The notes under the pieces were generated by a model. The model searched no databases and was not told where the DNA came from. It saw nothing but the letters and a program-made list of their open reading frames with translations. A stretch of 64,000 nt of DNA from Nitrospinota bacterium (GTDB lineage Bacteria > Nitrospinota_A > UBA7883). Made by a program: the position numbers and the translations under genes. Positions 1 to 8,377 of the stretch are shown here, one piece after another (within the stretch, counting starts at the first letter, position 1; the number at the start of each line of letters is the position of its first letter). The DNA is taken from positions 156,689 to 220,688 of the forward strand of contig CBDCXE010000003.1 in assembly GCA_965223725.1 (NCBI GenBank), given 5' to 3'.

Positions 1-175
1 GAAATTTTTCTTCAGCATAGCGCTGGCCAACAGACCGGCCTTGCTGCTGGCGATAATGCTGATATTCATCGGCGTGCAGTTTGTGTCGATCGGGCTGCTG
101 GCGGAGATGCTGTCGCGCACATACCATGAATCGCAAGACAAGCCTGTGTATGTGATCAAGAACATTCTGCAGTAG
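1..175 (+). CDS. 3' end of a membrane glycosyltransferase-like protein (partial; C-terminal TM segment ...LLAEMLSRTYHESQDKPVYVIKNILQ)
   Basis: Open frame runs off the window start; C-terminus resembles the hydrophobic tail of GT2/dolichol-phosphate-mannosyltransferase-like proteins; stop TAG at 173-175. Confidence 0.35.
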   Translation, partial: KFFFSIALANRPALLLAIMLIFIGVQFVSIGLLAEMLSRTYHESQDKPVYVIKNILQ

Positions 176-208
176 CGCCCGAACCACCACAATGGAGCCT
201 GATGATAT

Positions 209-1111
209 ATGGCTGTAAAACTTCTGGTGAACGGTTTTTTCCGGAGCGGGACGACCATCATCTGGAAAATCCTAAAAAAGAGCAACCCGAACGCTCTGGT
301 CCTTTATGAACCATGCCACGAGCTGATCGTCCATCATCTGGAGGAGTACCAACGTAAGCCGTTCGTCGATGAAACCCACGGCATGGATATCTGGGAGGAT
401 TACACGAAAGCTCCCGGCCTGATCGATAAAATCAGGCAGACGCATCCGAACCTGGGCAAGGGAAGGCTGTTGCCGGAGAGCGCGGATGATCTGCTCCGCT
501 ACGTTACTATCTTCGACCAGCTGGATAAAGATATAGTATTGCAAACCAACCGCTGGAGTTTTCATCTGAAAGAAATTACCGAGTCCAGCGGTTGCAAGAC
601 AATCCAGGTTGTCCGCAACCCGATCGATGTGTACAGGTCCATCATGGGAATTTATTTCAAACAGGGCGCCGCGCCGAAGCGGGCCATCAAAAATTTGCTG
701 AAACCGCTGTTCATCAACAAGGCGTTCGGCCTTGGCCCCATGTATAAGCATACATGGAACAAGTTTGGCGGAGCGTCCCACGGGTGGGAGCCGCCCTCGA
801 AAACAGCGATTAACATGAGGCCGTTTAATACGTTTCTGATCACATGGACCATGGCCAATTACAGCGCGCTGAAGGCGACACAGGGCGCGGGTGGAACATT
901 CGTATCGTATGAAACGGTGATGAACAACCCAGACGAGCTGAAAACTATAACAAATGAAAGCACAGGACTGGAGTTCAACCATGTCGGCATTTTGACCGAG
1001 CCGAAACGCCGCTTATTCATAACCGATGCGGAGCGGTGTGTGTTGGTGGCAAAGGCGGAGCAGTTAAATATAAACGAGGAGTTTAACTGCATCCTGAAAA
1101 AACTGGCCTGA
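209..1111 (+). CDS. sulfotransferase family protein
   Basis: 300 aa ORF; N-terminal FFRSGTT motif matches the PAPS 5'-phosphosulfate-binding loop of sulfotransferases (Stf0-like). Confidence 0.55.
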   Translation: MAVKLLVNGFFRSGTTIIWKILKKSNPNALVLYEPCHELIVHHLEEYQRKPFVDETHGMDIWEDYTKAPGLIDKIRQTHPNLGKGRLLPESADDLLRYVTIFDQLDKDIVLQTNRWSFHLKEITESSGCKTIQVVRNPIDVYRSIMGIYFKQGAAPKRAIKNLLKPLFINKAFGLGPMYKHTWNKFGGASHGWEPPSKTAINMRPFNTFLITWTMANYSALKATQGAGGTFVSYETVMNNPDELKTITNESTGLEFNHVGILTEPKRRLFITDAERCVLVAKAEQLNINEEFNCILKKLA

Positions 1112-1121
1112 AGCCCAACCT

Positions 1122-1793
1122 CTATACAGAGTTTTGAGCGGAGCCGGTCATCGGTACGAACCGGACAGCAGTGATATGGCGATATTTAATTTCTCCGTCA
1201 TGCTTGTCCCCACGAACAAGCTCCTGATATACAGCGTCGCCCCTGGGTATGACGATTACCCCACCATCGGCCAACTGGTCTTCCAGAACAGCGGGTGTTG
1301 TCTTTGGCGCTGCGGCGGATATGATCTTGTCATACGGCGCGTGCTCGGCCAAGCCTTCCGATCCATCCCGGTTGATCACCGTTACATTGTTATAGCCGAG
1401 CTTTTTTAATCTCTGGCCAGCTCCGTCCGCCAGCTCCGGCACGATCTCCAGGGCATAGACATACATGGAAAGCAATGACAGCAACGCAGCCTGATAGCCG
1501 CATCCGGCGCCGATCTCCAGCACGGTGTCCGTCTCTTTTAGCTCCAGCCATTCGATCATAAGGGCGACGATATATGGCTGGCTTATGGTCTGGTCGAACC
1601 CGATGGAGAGAGGGTTATCATCATAAGCCGCGCGCTCGAGCTGTGGCGCGATGAATTTTTCTCTGGGGATGGAATCCATTGCCTGGAGCACCCTGGGGTC
1701 GCGGATGTTCCGGCCGATCAAATGCTTCTCCATCATCACAGACTTTGCATGTTTCAGCCGTTTCGCCGGAGATTTCTGTAATGATGAGAACAT
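1122..1793 (-). CDS. pcm: protein-L-isoaspartate O-methyltransferase
   Basis: TISQPYIVALM, LEIGAGCGYQAALL (SAM-binding), VRFVPM at the C-terminus; GGAGTGG RBS upstream of the first ATG. Confidence 0.85.
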   Translation of the reverse strand: MFSSLQKSPAKRLKHAKSVMMEKHLIGRNIRDPRVLQAMDSIPREKFIAPQLERAAYDDNPLSIGFDQTISQPYIVALMIEWLELKETDTVLEIGAGCGYQAALLSLLSMYVYALEIVPELADGAGQRLKKLGYNNVTVINRDGSEGLAEHAPYDKIISAAAPKTTPAVLEDQLADGGVIVIPRGDAVYQELVRGDKHDGEIKYRHITAVRFVPMTGSAQNSV

Positions 1794-1877
1794 AATGGTT
1801 TACACCACTCCTGTGTATATATGGCCACGTTAAACGGCGGCTTTAATTGGGCAGGCGCGTTTTAAACGGATCTGTGG

Positions 1878-2270
1878 CTATAATATGAGGCCGTTTTTCT
1901 TCAGCCACTCGTCCTGATCGAACCTGTCCGCAAGGAATTTTCTAAAAGCGGTTTCGCTGGAAGTTTCCCTGATTCCATCTACTATATTGCTGATATCGAT
2001 ATCATGGTTGCGGAGTTCTTCTTCGACTTTTGTGTTAAACTCCAGCCTTTTTTCGTGGGTAAATTCTGTTCCGTTTTCGCCCTCGGTCCCCAACGAGTCG
2101 GCCAGATTCTGCACCTTCAGCATCAGCACCATCAACGATTTGGCATAGCTTTCGTCCGCCTGGAACAGTTTGTTCATGGCGTTGCGGACATCCTTTGATT
2201 TTACGATCGCGTCGATGATGGCCCGGGATAAGAGCTCCATTTCTTCATCAGGCCGTTCTTCATCAGGCAT
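1878..2270 (-). CDS. hypothetical acidic alpha-helical protein
   Basis: 130 aa ORF with a GGAGG RBS 7 nt upstream of the ATG; no recognisable family. Confidence 0.45.
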   Translation of the reverse strand: MPDEERPDEEMELLSRAIIDAIVKSKDVRNAMNKLFQADESYAKSLMVLMLKVQNLADSLGTEGENGTEFTHEKRLEFNTKVEEELRNHDIDISNIVDGIRETSSETAFRKFLADRFDQDEWLKKNGLIL

Positions 2271-2363
2271 TATTCAATCCTCCGATAGGGGAAAACAAGT
2301 AACACCTAGATTCTACCACACGGCAACAATCAGTCAAGGCGAGGTTAGGGCGGGCCTGTCGGG

Positions 2364-2956
2364 TCAAGTGCAAAGCCAGCCAGAGCCTTGTGACTCCTTA
2401 TGCTCAATGCCTTCTGGTATAACTACATCATCACCCAGAGGAGGTATTATCGGTTTCCTATGTGGTGGCCGTTTCGAGTCGTCGATTTCTTTTATAACAT
2501 GAATGTTATCTGAAAAATACTGAACCTTGAAGGACCGTCCATTTCCAATAGTAACCCTCGCTACTGTATGTCCACCACTTCCGATTCCTATGGTTACATT
2601 GCTATACTCGTTACCTTCAAGATGCCCGAAATAAACAGTGGTCCCACCAGTACCGGATACACGCACTCTATCAATAACAACAACAAAGTTGGCGTCGGGA
2701 AACAGGTTAAGAGTGATTTTCGGCGCTTCATTTGCTTCAGTGTTATTATTCAACACTTTGCCAGCATTGATAAGAAGGGAGGTATTAACCGTAGCATAGG
2801 TTTGCCGTATCACCCATCGACGCATCTTGGCGGGCCCTGAGGTCGGCGCTTCCGCTGGCCCTACCACCGGGGTGAACAGCTCCGGCGGGGTTTGGGCATG
2901 GCCGGTGGTGGTGGTGAAGAGCAGCATCAACACCGCAATGGTGGCGGCGAGCATGC
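2364..2956 (-). CDS. hypothetical secreted protein
   Basis: GAGGAGG RBS immediately upstream of the internal Met (MLAATIAVLMLLFTTTTGHAQ signal peptide); the ORF-track start at 3059 is probably an upstream extension. Confidence 0.45.
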
Positions 2957-3325
2957 CGGGTCCTCCTCTGATCGACTGAAACAGCCGGGTGTGGAGATAA
3001 TCGTGCACGATTAATCGATTGTTATATTGCATAACGACCACCTTCGTTAAAGGTTGCAACTTGCCCGCCCCGGCGCTTCCTACCCGGGGCCAAATATCAC
3101 TACCATCAGTAGAGCAAGGTTATCTTACCGTATGGTATTAATAAATGCAACCAAATATTAATACTATTATTATCACAGGCAATTCAAGGCATTGCGCCAC
3201 CTGGAGGCGCCGGACATTGGGCAACTTGTGGAAGTATGAGGATAAACCAAAGGACAGGAATCCATCGTATGTATTGTTGTATGCAATTGCCAGCACAGAT
3301 ATCTGATTATTTATACCGCACCGGC

Positions 3326-4282
3326 CTACTGTTTATCTAAAGAGTTCCTGCGCTCCTCCAGCAGATCTTCCAGCGTTTTATCCAGCGCGATCACCGGCGC
3401 CCAACCGGTCAGTGTGTTTAGCCTGGAAGCGGAGCCATATACAACCGGATTCTCCGACGCCCGCGCCCTGTCCGGGTCCAATACATGCTCGATTTTGCCA
3501 GTATAATTGCTAAGGTTAACAAGCCGGTTATAGACCGATTCGATCTTCATAGGTATGCCAGAGCAGATATTGTATATGGCGCCCGACTCAGCTTTTTCCA
3601 ATATCGACGTGAACGCCCGGACCACATCCCGCACATCACAAAAATCGCGCATGGCCCCCAGGTTGCCTGTTTTGATAACCGGCTCCTGCAACCCCGCCTC
3701 GATCCGGGCGATCTGCGTGGCGAACGCGGGCGCCGCGAACAGCTGTGACTGGCCCGGCCCGGTGAAATTGAAAGGACGCGCTATCACCACATGCAGTTTG
3801 CCGCTGTGGGCATATTGACCGGCAATAATCTCAGCGCACAATTTCGATGCGGAATAATGGTTGGCCGGCGCGGGCTCTCTGGTCTCTGGAACCGGGTTTT
3901 CGTCTGGCTTGACTTTCCCGTAAACTTCGGCGCTGCTGACGACAAGGGTTTTGCAGCTCGAGGTGTTTCTGGCCAGCGCTTCCAGCAGGTTGCATGTGCC
4001 GACACTGTTTATCTGGTATGCGTATGGTGGATTTTTATTCGCCTCCGGTACGAACGAAAGGGCGGCCATGTGATAAACCTCGTCTGGCTTGACATCTTTA
4101 ATGACAGATTCCAGATCGCCGAGCTTATTTAGGTTCAACTCGACCCCTTTTCCCCTGAAACCACCTGGCAAAGGACTAGAGCTGTATGTGCCGAAAACTT
4201 CTGCGTCGGGCGCCACGGTGGAGATATGCTCCGCCAGATGCGCTCCGGCGAAGCCTGCGGCCCCGGTAATGAGAACTCTCAT
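3326..4282 (-). CDS. NAD-dependent epimerase/dehydratase (GDP-sugar reductase/4,6-dehydratase-like)
   Basis: N-terminal Rossmann motif ITGAAGFAGAHL, YSASK catalytic motif; 318 aa. Confidence 0.8.
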   Translation of the reverse strand: MRVLITGAAGFAGAHLAEHISTVAPDAEVFGTYSSSPLPGGFRGKGVELNLNKLGDLESVIKDVKPDEVYHMAALSFVPEANKNPPYAYQINSVGTCNLLEALARNTSSCKTLVVSSAEVYGKVKPDENPVPETREPAPANHYSASKLCAEIIAGQYAHSGKLHVVIARPFNFTGPGQSQLFAAPAFATQIARIEAGLQEPVIKTGNLGAMRDFCDVRDVVRAFTSILEKAESGAIYNICSGIPMKIESVYNRLVNLSNYTGKIEHVLDPDRARASENPVVYGSASRLNTLTGWAPVIALDKTLEDLLEERRNSLDKQ

Positions 4283-4287
4283 TTAAA

Positions 4288-5175
4288 TCATGGTTGTTGT
4301 GATTGCCCGGAGTTTACCGACAGGATCATGACAAAGCTCGATTTCGATTTTTCCTTGTCCACCCCCCGCAGGAAGTTGACACTGAAGGAATCGGAGACGC
4401 CTTCCGAGCTGGCGATGACAACGCTTCCCGGGTCGTCCATCAAAATTTCTGTCGCCGCGTTTTTAACAATGAATGTTTCCCTCTTCTTGTCGTAATAGCT
4501 GACTTCTGGAACGAGGGAGACCCGCATCTTACCCTTACCAGCGCTCCTTGCCGTCACAACAAAGCTGGTACCAGCGTCCTTGAACTTCACATTTCTGGAG
4601 ATATAGCCATAGCGATAGCCATAGCTGAAAAAGTACTCCGTCAACGGCACCGATTCACCAACGAATATCCTGCCCTCGTGCCCTTCCATGAGCAGCAGAA
4701 ACTGCTTCTTCTTGCTGTCGAGGGTGGAGGAGGTGACCGAGCCTGTTACATGGACACCTTCCATGTCGTGGGGAACATTGCCCACGGTCCATCCAGGCCC
4801 CGAAATTCGCCAGTCCACATTGATTCCCAGCTTGTCCAGTTGCTCCTTCTCGATGAAATCGACATCTATCCGGATATTCTTCGGCCTGCGGTCCAGCCGC
4901 GCGATAAGGTCACGCGCCCTGGCGATATAAGCGGGAGTATCTACAACAATTAGAGTATTGGAAGGTGAGTTGACCGTGACCTTGCCTTTGTCACTCAGCA
5001 CAGACGCAACAGATTCGATAAGCTCCTGCGCGTCGGAATAATGGATCTCGAATACTTCAACAACGGTGGATTGGGCATATGCCGGGCTAGCCATAAGCAG
5101 AAGCTTGCAAAACACCAACCCGGCAAATGTTACCTTCGCAGATCCATCCATACGAATAATTTTATGCCATGGCAT
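4288..5175 (-). CDS. secretin N-domain (NolW-like) containing protein, signal-peptide bearing, lacks recognisable secretin C-domain
   Basis: Signal peptide (LLLMASPAYAQ) followed by a secretin_N-like module (ELIESVASVLSDKGKVTVNSPSNTLIVVDTPAYIARARDLIARL); 5-nt gap to the downstream epimerase; overlaps the upstream gene by 14 nt. Confidence 0.5.
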   Translation of the reverse strand: MPWHKIIRMDGSAKVTFAGLVFCKLLLMASPAYAQSTVVEVFEIHYSDAQELIESVASVLSDKGKVTVNSPSNTLIVVDTPAYIARARDLIARLDRRPKNIRIDVDFIEKEQLDKLGINVDWRISGPGWTVGNVPHDMEGVHVTGSVTSSTLDSKKKQFLLLMEGHEGRIFVGESVPLTEYFFSYGYRYGYISRNVKFKDAGTSFVVTARSAGKGKMRVSLVPEVSYYDKKRETFIVKNAATEILMDDPGSVVIASSEGVSDSFSVNFLRGVDKEKSKSSFVMILSVNSGQSQQP

Positions 5176-5485
5176 GGCGCAGATCGATAACGCCTATAAC
5201 CGCCACACAATCGCCCTTGGAGTCCCGAATAGGCGCGGCCATGACAGGTATCCCTTTATAGGGGCCGGATGTTGGCTTCTCACGCACGATCTCGTTTGTT
5301 TCCAGAACCTTTTCCAGCACCGGGCCGGTAAAATCATCATTTAATATGCGGCCAGATTCAACACGAATACCGTTCTTGTTTTTGCTGCGCATTGTAACCG
5401 GAAACTGGTCAACTATCTGATAAACAGCCAGCGCTATCGGGGCCAACTCTTCGCCGGTAGTGTCGGCAGTAATTAAATCTTTCAT
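5162..5485 (-). CDS. hypothetical protein (first gene of secretin-N/epimerase operon)
   Basis: 107 aa ORF translationally coupled (14-nt overlap) to the secretin-N protein gene. Confidence 0.4.
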   Translation of the reverse strand: MKDLITADTTGEELAPIALAVYQIVDQFPVTMRSKNKNGIRVESGRILNDDFTGPVLEKVLETNEIVREKPTSGPYKGIPVMAAPIRDSKGDCVAVIGVIDLRHAMA

Positions 5486-5876
5486 AAGACGATCTCCTTC
5501 ATATTAGTTTTGTCACTATTCGTTTTGCAAGCTTTCACTAATTATTGCTACGAAGCATCATATGACAGCTAACAATGTTTTACAATAAAAGATAAATAAT
5601 CAAACCAGCAAATATAACAGACGGATTGAATGCAAAATTGACGATCCAAGCGCCAGTATCAGCCAAAATGCCTGATCACAAAATATCTTTGGTGATTGCT
5701 ACAGGTTGCTGTTCATGGATCTCCCTTATTGTCGAAAATATTATATCACAGGAAAAGGACCAGCCAAGCTTGATCAATGAATTGTACAAAAGTCGTTTTA
5801 CCTGGAATATATGTTATGCCAGGCAAGTTTTATTGGAACGTTTTGTTATAAATCAACCGATCTTTACCTACATTTT

Positions 5877-6113
5877 TCAGAATGCCACTTTTCTTTCGTA
5901 CGACTCTATAGAATCGCGGGATACGCGATAAACACCACGTATTTTCAAGCCAGTAAGTTGGCCTTCCTCAATAAGACGCACAACAGTCGGCGCGCTAACA
6001 CCCCACCGAACACTTAATTGAGAAACGCCAAAATACTTTTTTCTGGATGGTCCAAGAGGGCCAAGCTTAAGTCCTGGCAAAACCAGAGTTGTATCCTTTT
6101 TTTCCAACACCAC
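5877..6113 (-). CDS. helix-turn-helix DNA-binding protein, excisionase/AlpA(MerR-superfamily)-like
   Basis: HTH segment FGVSQLSVRWGVSAPTVVRLIEEGQLTGLKIRGVYRV; strong GAGGAGG RBS 6 nt upstream of the GTG at 6113. Confidence 0.55.
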   Translation of the reverse strand: MVLEKKDTTLVLPGLKLGPLGPSRKKYFGVSQLSVRWGVSAPTVVRLIEEGQLTGLKIRGVYRVSRDSIESYERKVAF

Positions 6114-6175
6114 TAAACACCTCCTCAAAGACAGATTAAATTTGCCAAATCCGTCGCACACATTTATAATGTTAA

Positions 6176-6191
6176 TTAACAGATCTGTTAA
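6176..6191. promoter_or_regulatory. perfect 16-bp palindrome TTAACAGATCTGTTAA (putative operator) in divergent promoter region, with TATAAT at 6165-6170
   Basis: Read directly; lies between the divergently transcribed Xis-like HTH gene and the cI/LexA-like repressor gene. Confidence 0.45.
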
Positions 6192-6213
6192 ATGTCAATA
6201 CAAAAATTTACTA

Positions 6214-6939
6214 ATGCATAAAACAAATATTGCAGACCCGGAAGCCATTGGAAAAAGAATCAGGGCTATCAGAGGAAAGCAGACTTTGAAGCAGTTTGGC
6301 GACATTATCGGTGTTTCCCATACATCTGTCAAAAGGTATGAAGAGGGAACATTACCAGATATAAACATACTTCTGAAAATCGCCAGCGCAGGCAAAATCG
6401 ACCTGGGGATGCTGATTTTGGGAGAGCTTCTTCCGGTCGATGTGCGGGAGGCCAGGCCATTGGAAATTAACATTATCGACGACAAAAAGCATAAGGCTGA
6501 TGGCCTTAAAGAGTATGATTATATACCTGTTCCGATAACCGAGGGCAAGGTCGCCGCGGGCGCGCCAAGGATCATGGAAGATGATACGATCGATTACCTG
6601 CTAATACATTTCTGGATGCTTAAAAAAAGTGAAGTGTCGAAAAATATCATCGCGTGCAGGCTGGAGGGAGAGTCGATGTACCCACACCTTTCATCGGGCG
6701 ACATTGTCATAATAGACCGTGGGATAGACAAGGATAAAATCGAGGAGCGGCGAATCTACGCCATTTTCGAAAGTGGCGGTATTACAGTCAAAATGCTACA
6801 AAAAGATGGGCCGCACCTTTATCTTGTTCCCTCCAATTCCGCCGAGAAAATCCGCCATGTCGATCTGCGGGAGGTGGAGCATCCGGTCGTCGGGCTGGTG
6901 GTGGGCGCCTGGAAAAATTTTGGAGGTAAACTGGATTAG
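6214..6939 (+). CDS. XRE-family HTH + S24 peptidase repressor (phage cI/LexA-like, autocleavable)
   Basis: N-terminal HTH (RIRAIRGKQTLKQFGDIIGVSHTSVKRYE); C-terminal S24 motifs GESMYP (Ser nucleophile) and ITVKML (Lys). Confidence 0.8.
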   Translation: MHKTNIADPEAIGKRIRAIRGKQTLKQFGDIIGVSHTSVKRYEEGTLPDINILLKIASAGKIDLGMLILGELLPVDVREARPLEINIIDDKKHKADGLKEYDYIPVPITEGKVAAGAPRIMEDDTIDYLLIHFWMLKKSEVSKNIIACRLEGESMYPHLSSGDIVIIDRGIDKDKIEERRIYAIFESGGITVKMLQKDGPHLYLVPSNSAEKIRHVDLREVEHPVVGLVVGAWKNFGGKLD

Positions 6940-6974
6940 CAACAGGCCGTAAAGGGCAAACTTGAGGCCCGGAA

Positions 6975-8072
6975 TCAGTCCCCCTTGATCTGTTCTATAG
7001 TTTTTTTCACCATATCCTCTGCGATGCCCAGGGTCAGCTCTCTGGTTATAGCGTTGATCTGTTCCAGGATCTCCGGCTGTAGGTTGTTTATGGCTCTGCC
7101 GACACCCTTTTCAATGGCTTCTTCAAAATCGCCACCTGCAAATTTATTATTTATCACATTCTTCACTTCATCTTCGATCAGCGTCTGGAAATAGCTGGTG
7201 GATATTACATCTTCCACAGCTTTCCTGGTAGCTTCTTCCCACATATGGGAGCCAGGCTCAATCTTGTCTGTAGAGGTGACAACATTGTCTGGCACATCGA
7301 TAGGCTCTGTTCCGATATCACTTTCTTCCAGGATGTCGTTAGAGTCGCTTTCCAGATAATCGTACAGCTCTTTTTCAAGATCCACCGGCGTGTCATCCCG
7401 GGCGGCCGCAAAGCTGGCGCCTCGATTGTGTCTGGGTGAATTATTCTGGTCAACCAGCTCAGGCGTCTCTTCTCCGGTTGAATCGAGCAATATATCGCTC
7501 GCAACCTCGATGTCAGCATCATTCGGCTCAACATCAGCCGGGCGATCTATTTCCGCTTCCAACAGTTCTATATTGTAATCAAAACCATCATCATCCTGTT
7601 TATTATCGGTTGCTACAGTCTCTAGCAAGCTATCGAGCTGGACATCGATATCTTCAAATGAATCATCATCGCCATCTTCCTGTTGGCCAGGGTCAGCAGA
7701 AATAATTTTATGAACCTCGCTCACCATGTTTTCTGACCGAAATGGCTTTTCGAACCTTCCAGCGGCTTTCACTTTGTCAGCTTGATCAAAATCAAAATCA
7801 TCCAGAGCGCTCGACATCAGATAGACAGGAATCTGCGCAGTGGAAGGGTTTCTCTTTAACGCGGCGCAAAGCTCGAACCCGTCAAGGCCAGGCATGCTCA
7901 CATCCGCAATAACCATGGATGGCTTGTATTGCACCGCCCGCTCCAGCGCTTCATCACCGTCGCGCGCAATTATCATATCTATCGCTTCATTCTCGAATGC
8001 AAGCTCAAACACTTTCTGTATAGTAACGCTATCGTCCGCTACCACTACTTTCGGATTGTTTCCTTCAGACAT
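6975..8072 (-). CDS. response regulator receiver protein with long acidic C-terminal region
   Basis: CheY-like REC (VVVADDS...MVIADVSMPGLDG...KPF) followed by a ~240 aa D/E-rich low-complexity tail. Confidence 0.75.
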   Translation of the reverse strand: MSEGNNPKVVVADDSVTIQKVFELAFENEAIDMIIARDGDEALERAVQYKPSMVIADVSMPGLDGFELCAALKRNPSTAQIPVYLMSSALDDFDFDQADKVKAAGRFEKPFRSENMVSEVHKIISADPGQQEDGDDDSFEDIDVQLDSLLETVATDNKQDDDGFDYNIELLEAEIDRPADVEPNDADIEVASDILLDSTGEETPELVDQNNSPRHNRGASFAAARDDTPVDLEKELYDYLESDSNDILEESDIGTEPIDVPDNVVTSTDKIEPGSHMWEEATRKAVEDVISTSYFQTLIEDEVKNVINNKFAGGDFEEAIEKGVGRAINNLQPEILEQINAITRELTLGIAEDMVKKTIEQIKGD

Positions 8073-8233
8073 AGTTATCGCTTCAATTGACAGTTGATTT
8101 GACCAGCTTACACATACTGCCGGGGTGTGTCAATCAACTGGTTGTAAACTTTAATATTTCGGCACTATTTTATCTAATAGAAACTAAAACTGCCGGCTGG
8201 TTTCTGCTATTATATTCGATAGTTTCATAATGT

Positions 8234-8327
8234 GGAAGATGAGCGCGCCCGGTGGCGCGGCTGGACTTCAAATCCAGACAGGGGCGAATACGTCCTGGGA
8301 GGGTTCGACTCCCTTCATCTTCCGCCA
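8234..8327 (+). tRNA. selC: tRNA-Sec (selenocysteine tRNA, anticodon UCA)
   Basis: 94 nt: 8-bp acceptor stem GGAAGATG/CATCTTCC, 6-bp D-stem with 4-nt loop, anticodon loop CTTCAAA (UCA), long variable arm, T-arm GGTTCGACTCC, discriminator G, encoded CCA; near-identical in all arms to E. coli selC. Confidence 0.9.
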
Positions 8328-8377
8328 TATCTTCAATGATAACTATGGAATTAAACGACAATGAACATTCCAGCAAT

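Noticed and set aside
272-982. 236-aa ORF antisense to the sulfotransferase gene
   Set aside because: Wholly contained in and opposite to a gene with a clear family motif; composition typical of antisense read-through in GC-rich coding DNA.
8252-8377. N-terminal part of ORF 8252..9355 and the antisense ORF 8170..8505
   Set aside because: They overlap the tRNA-Sec gene (8234-8327); the real SBP gene must start downstream of the tRNA.
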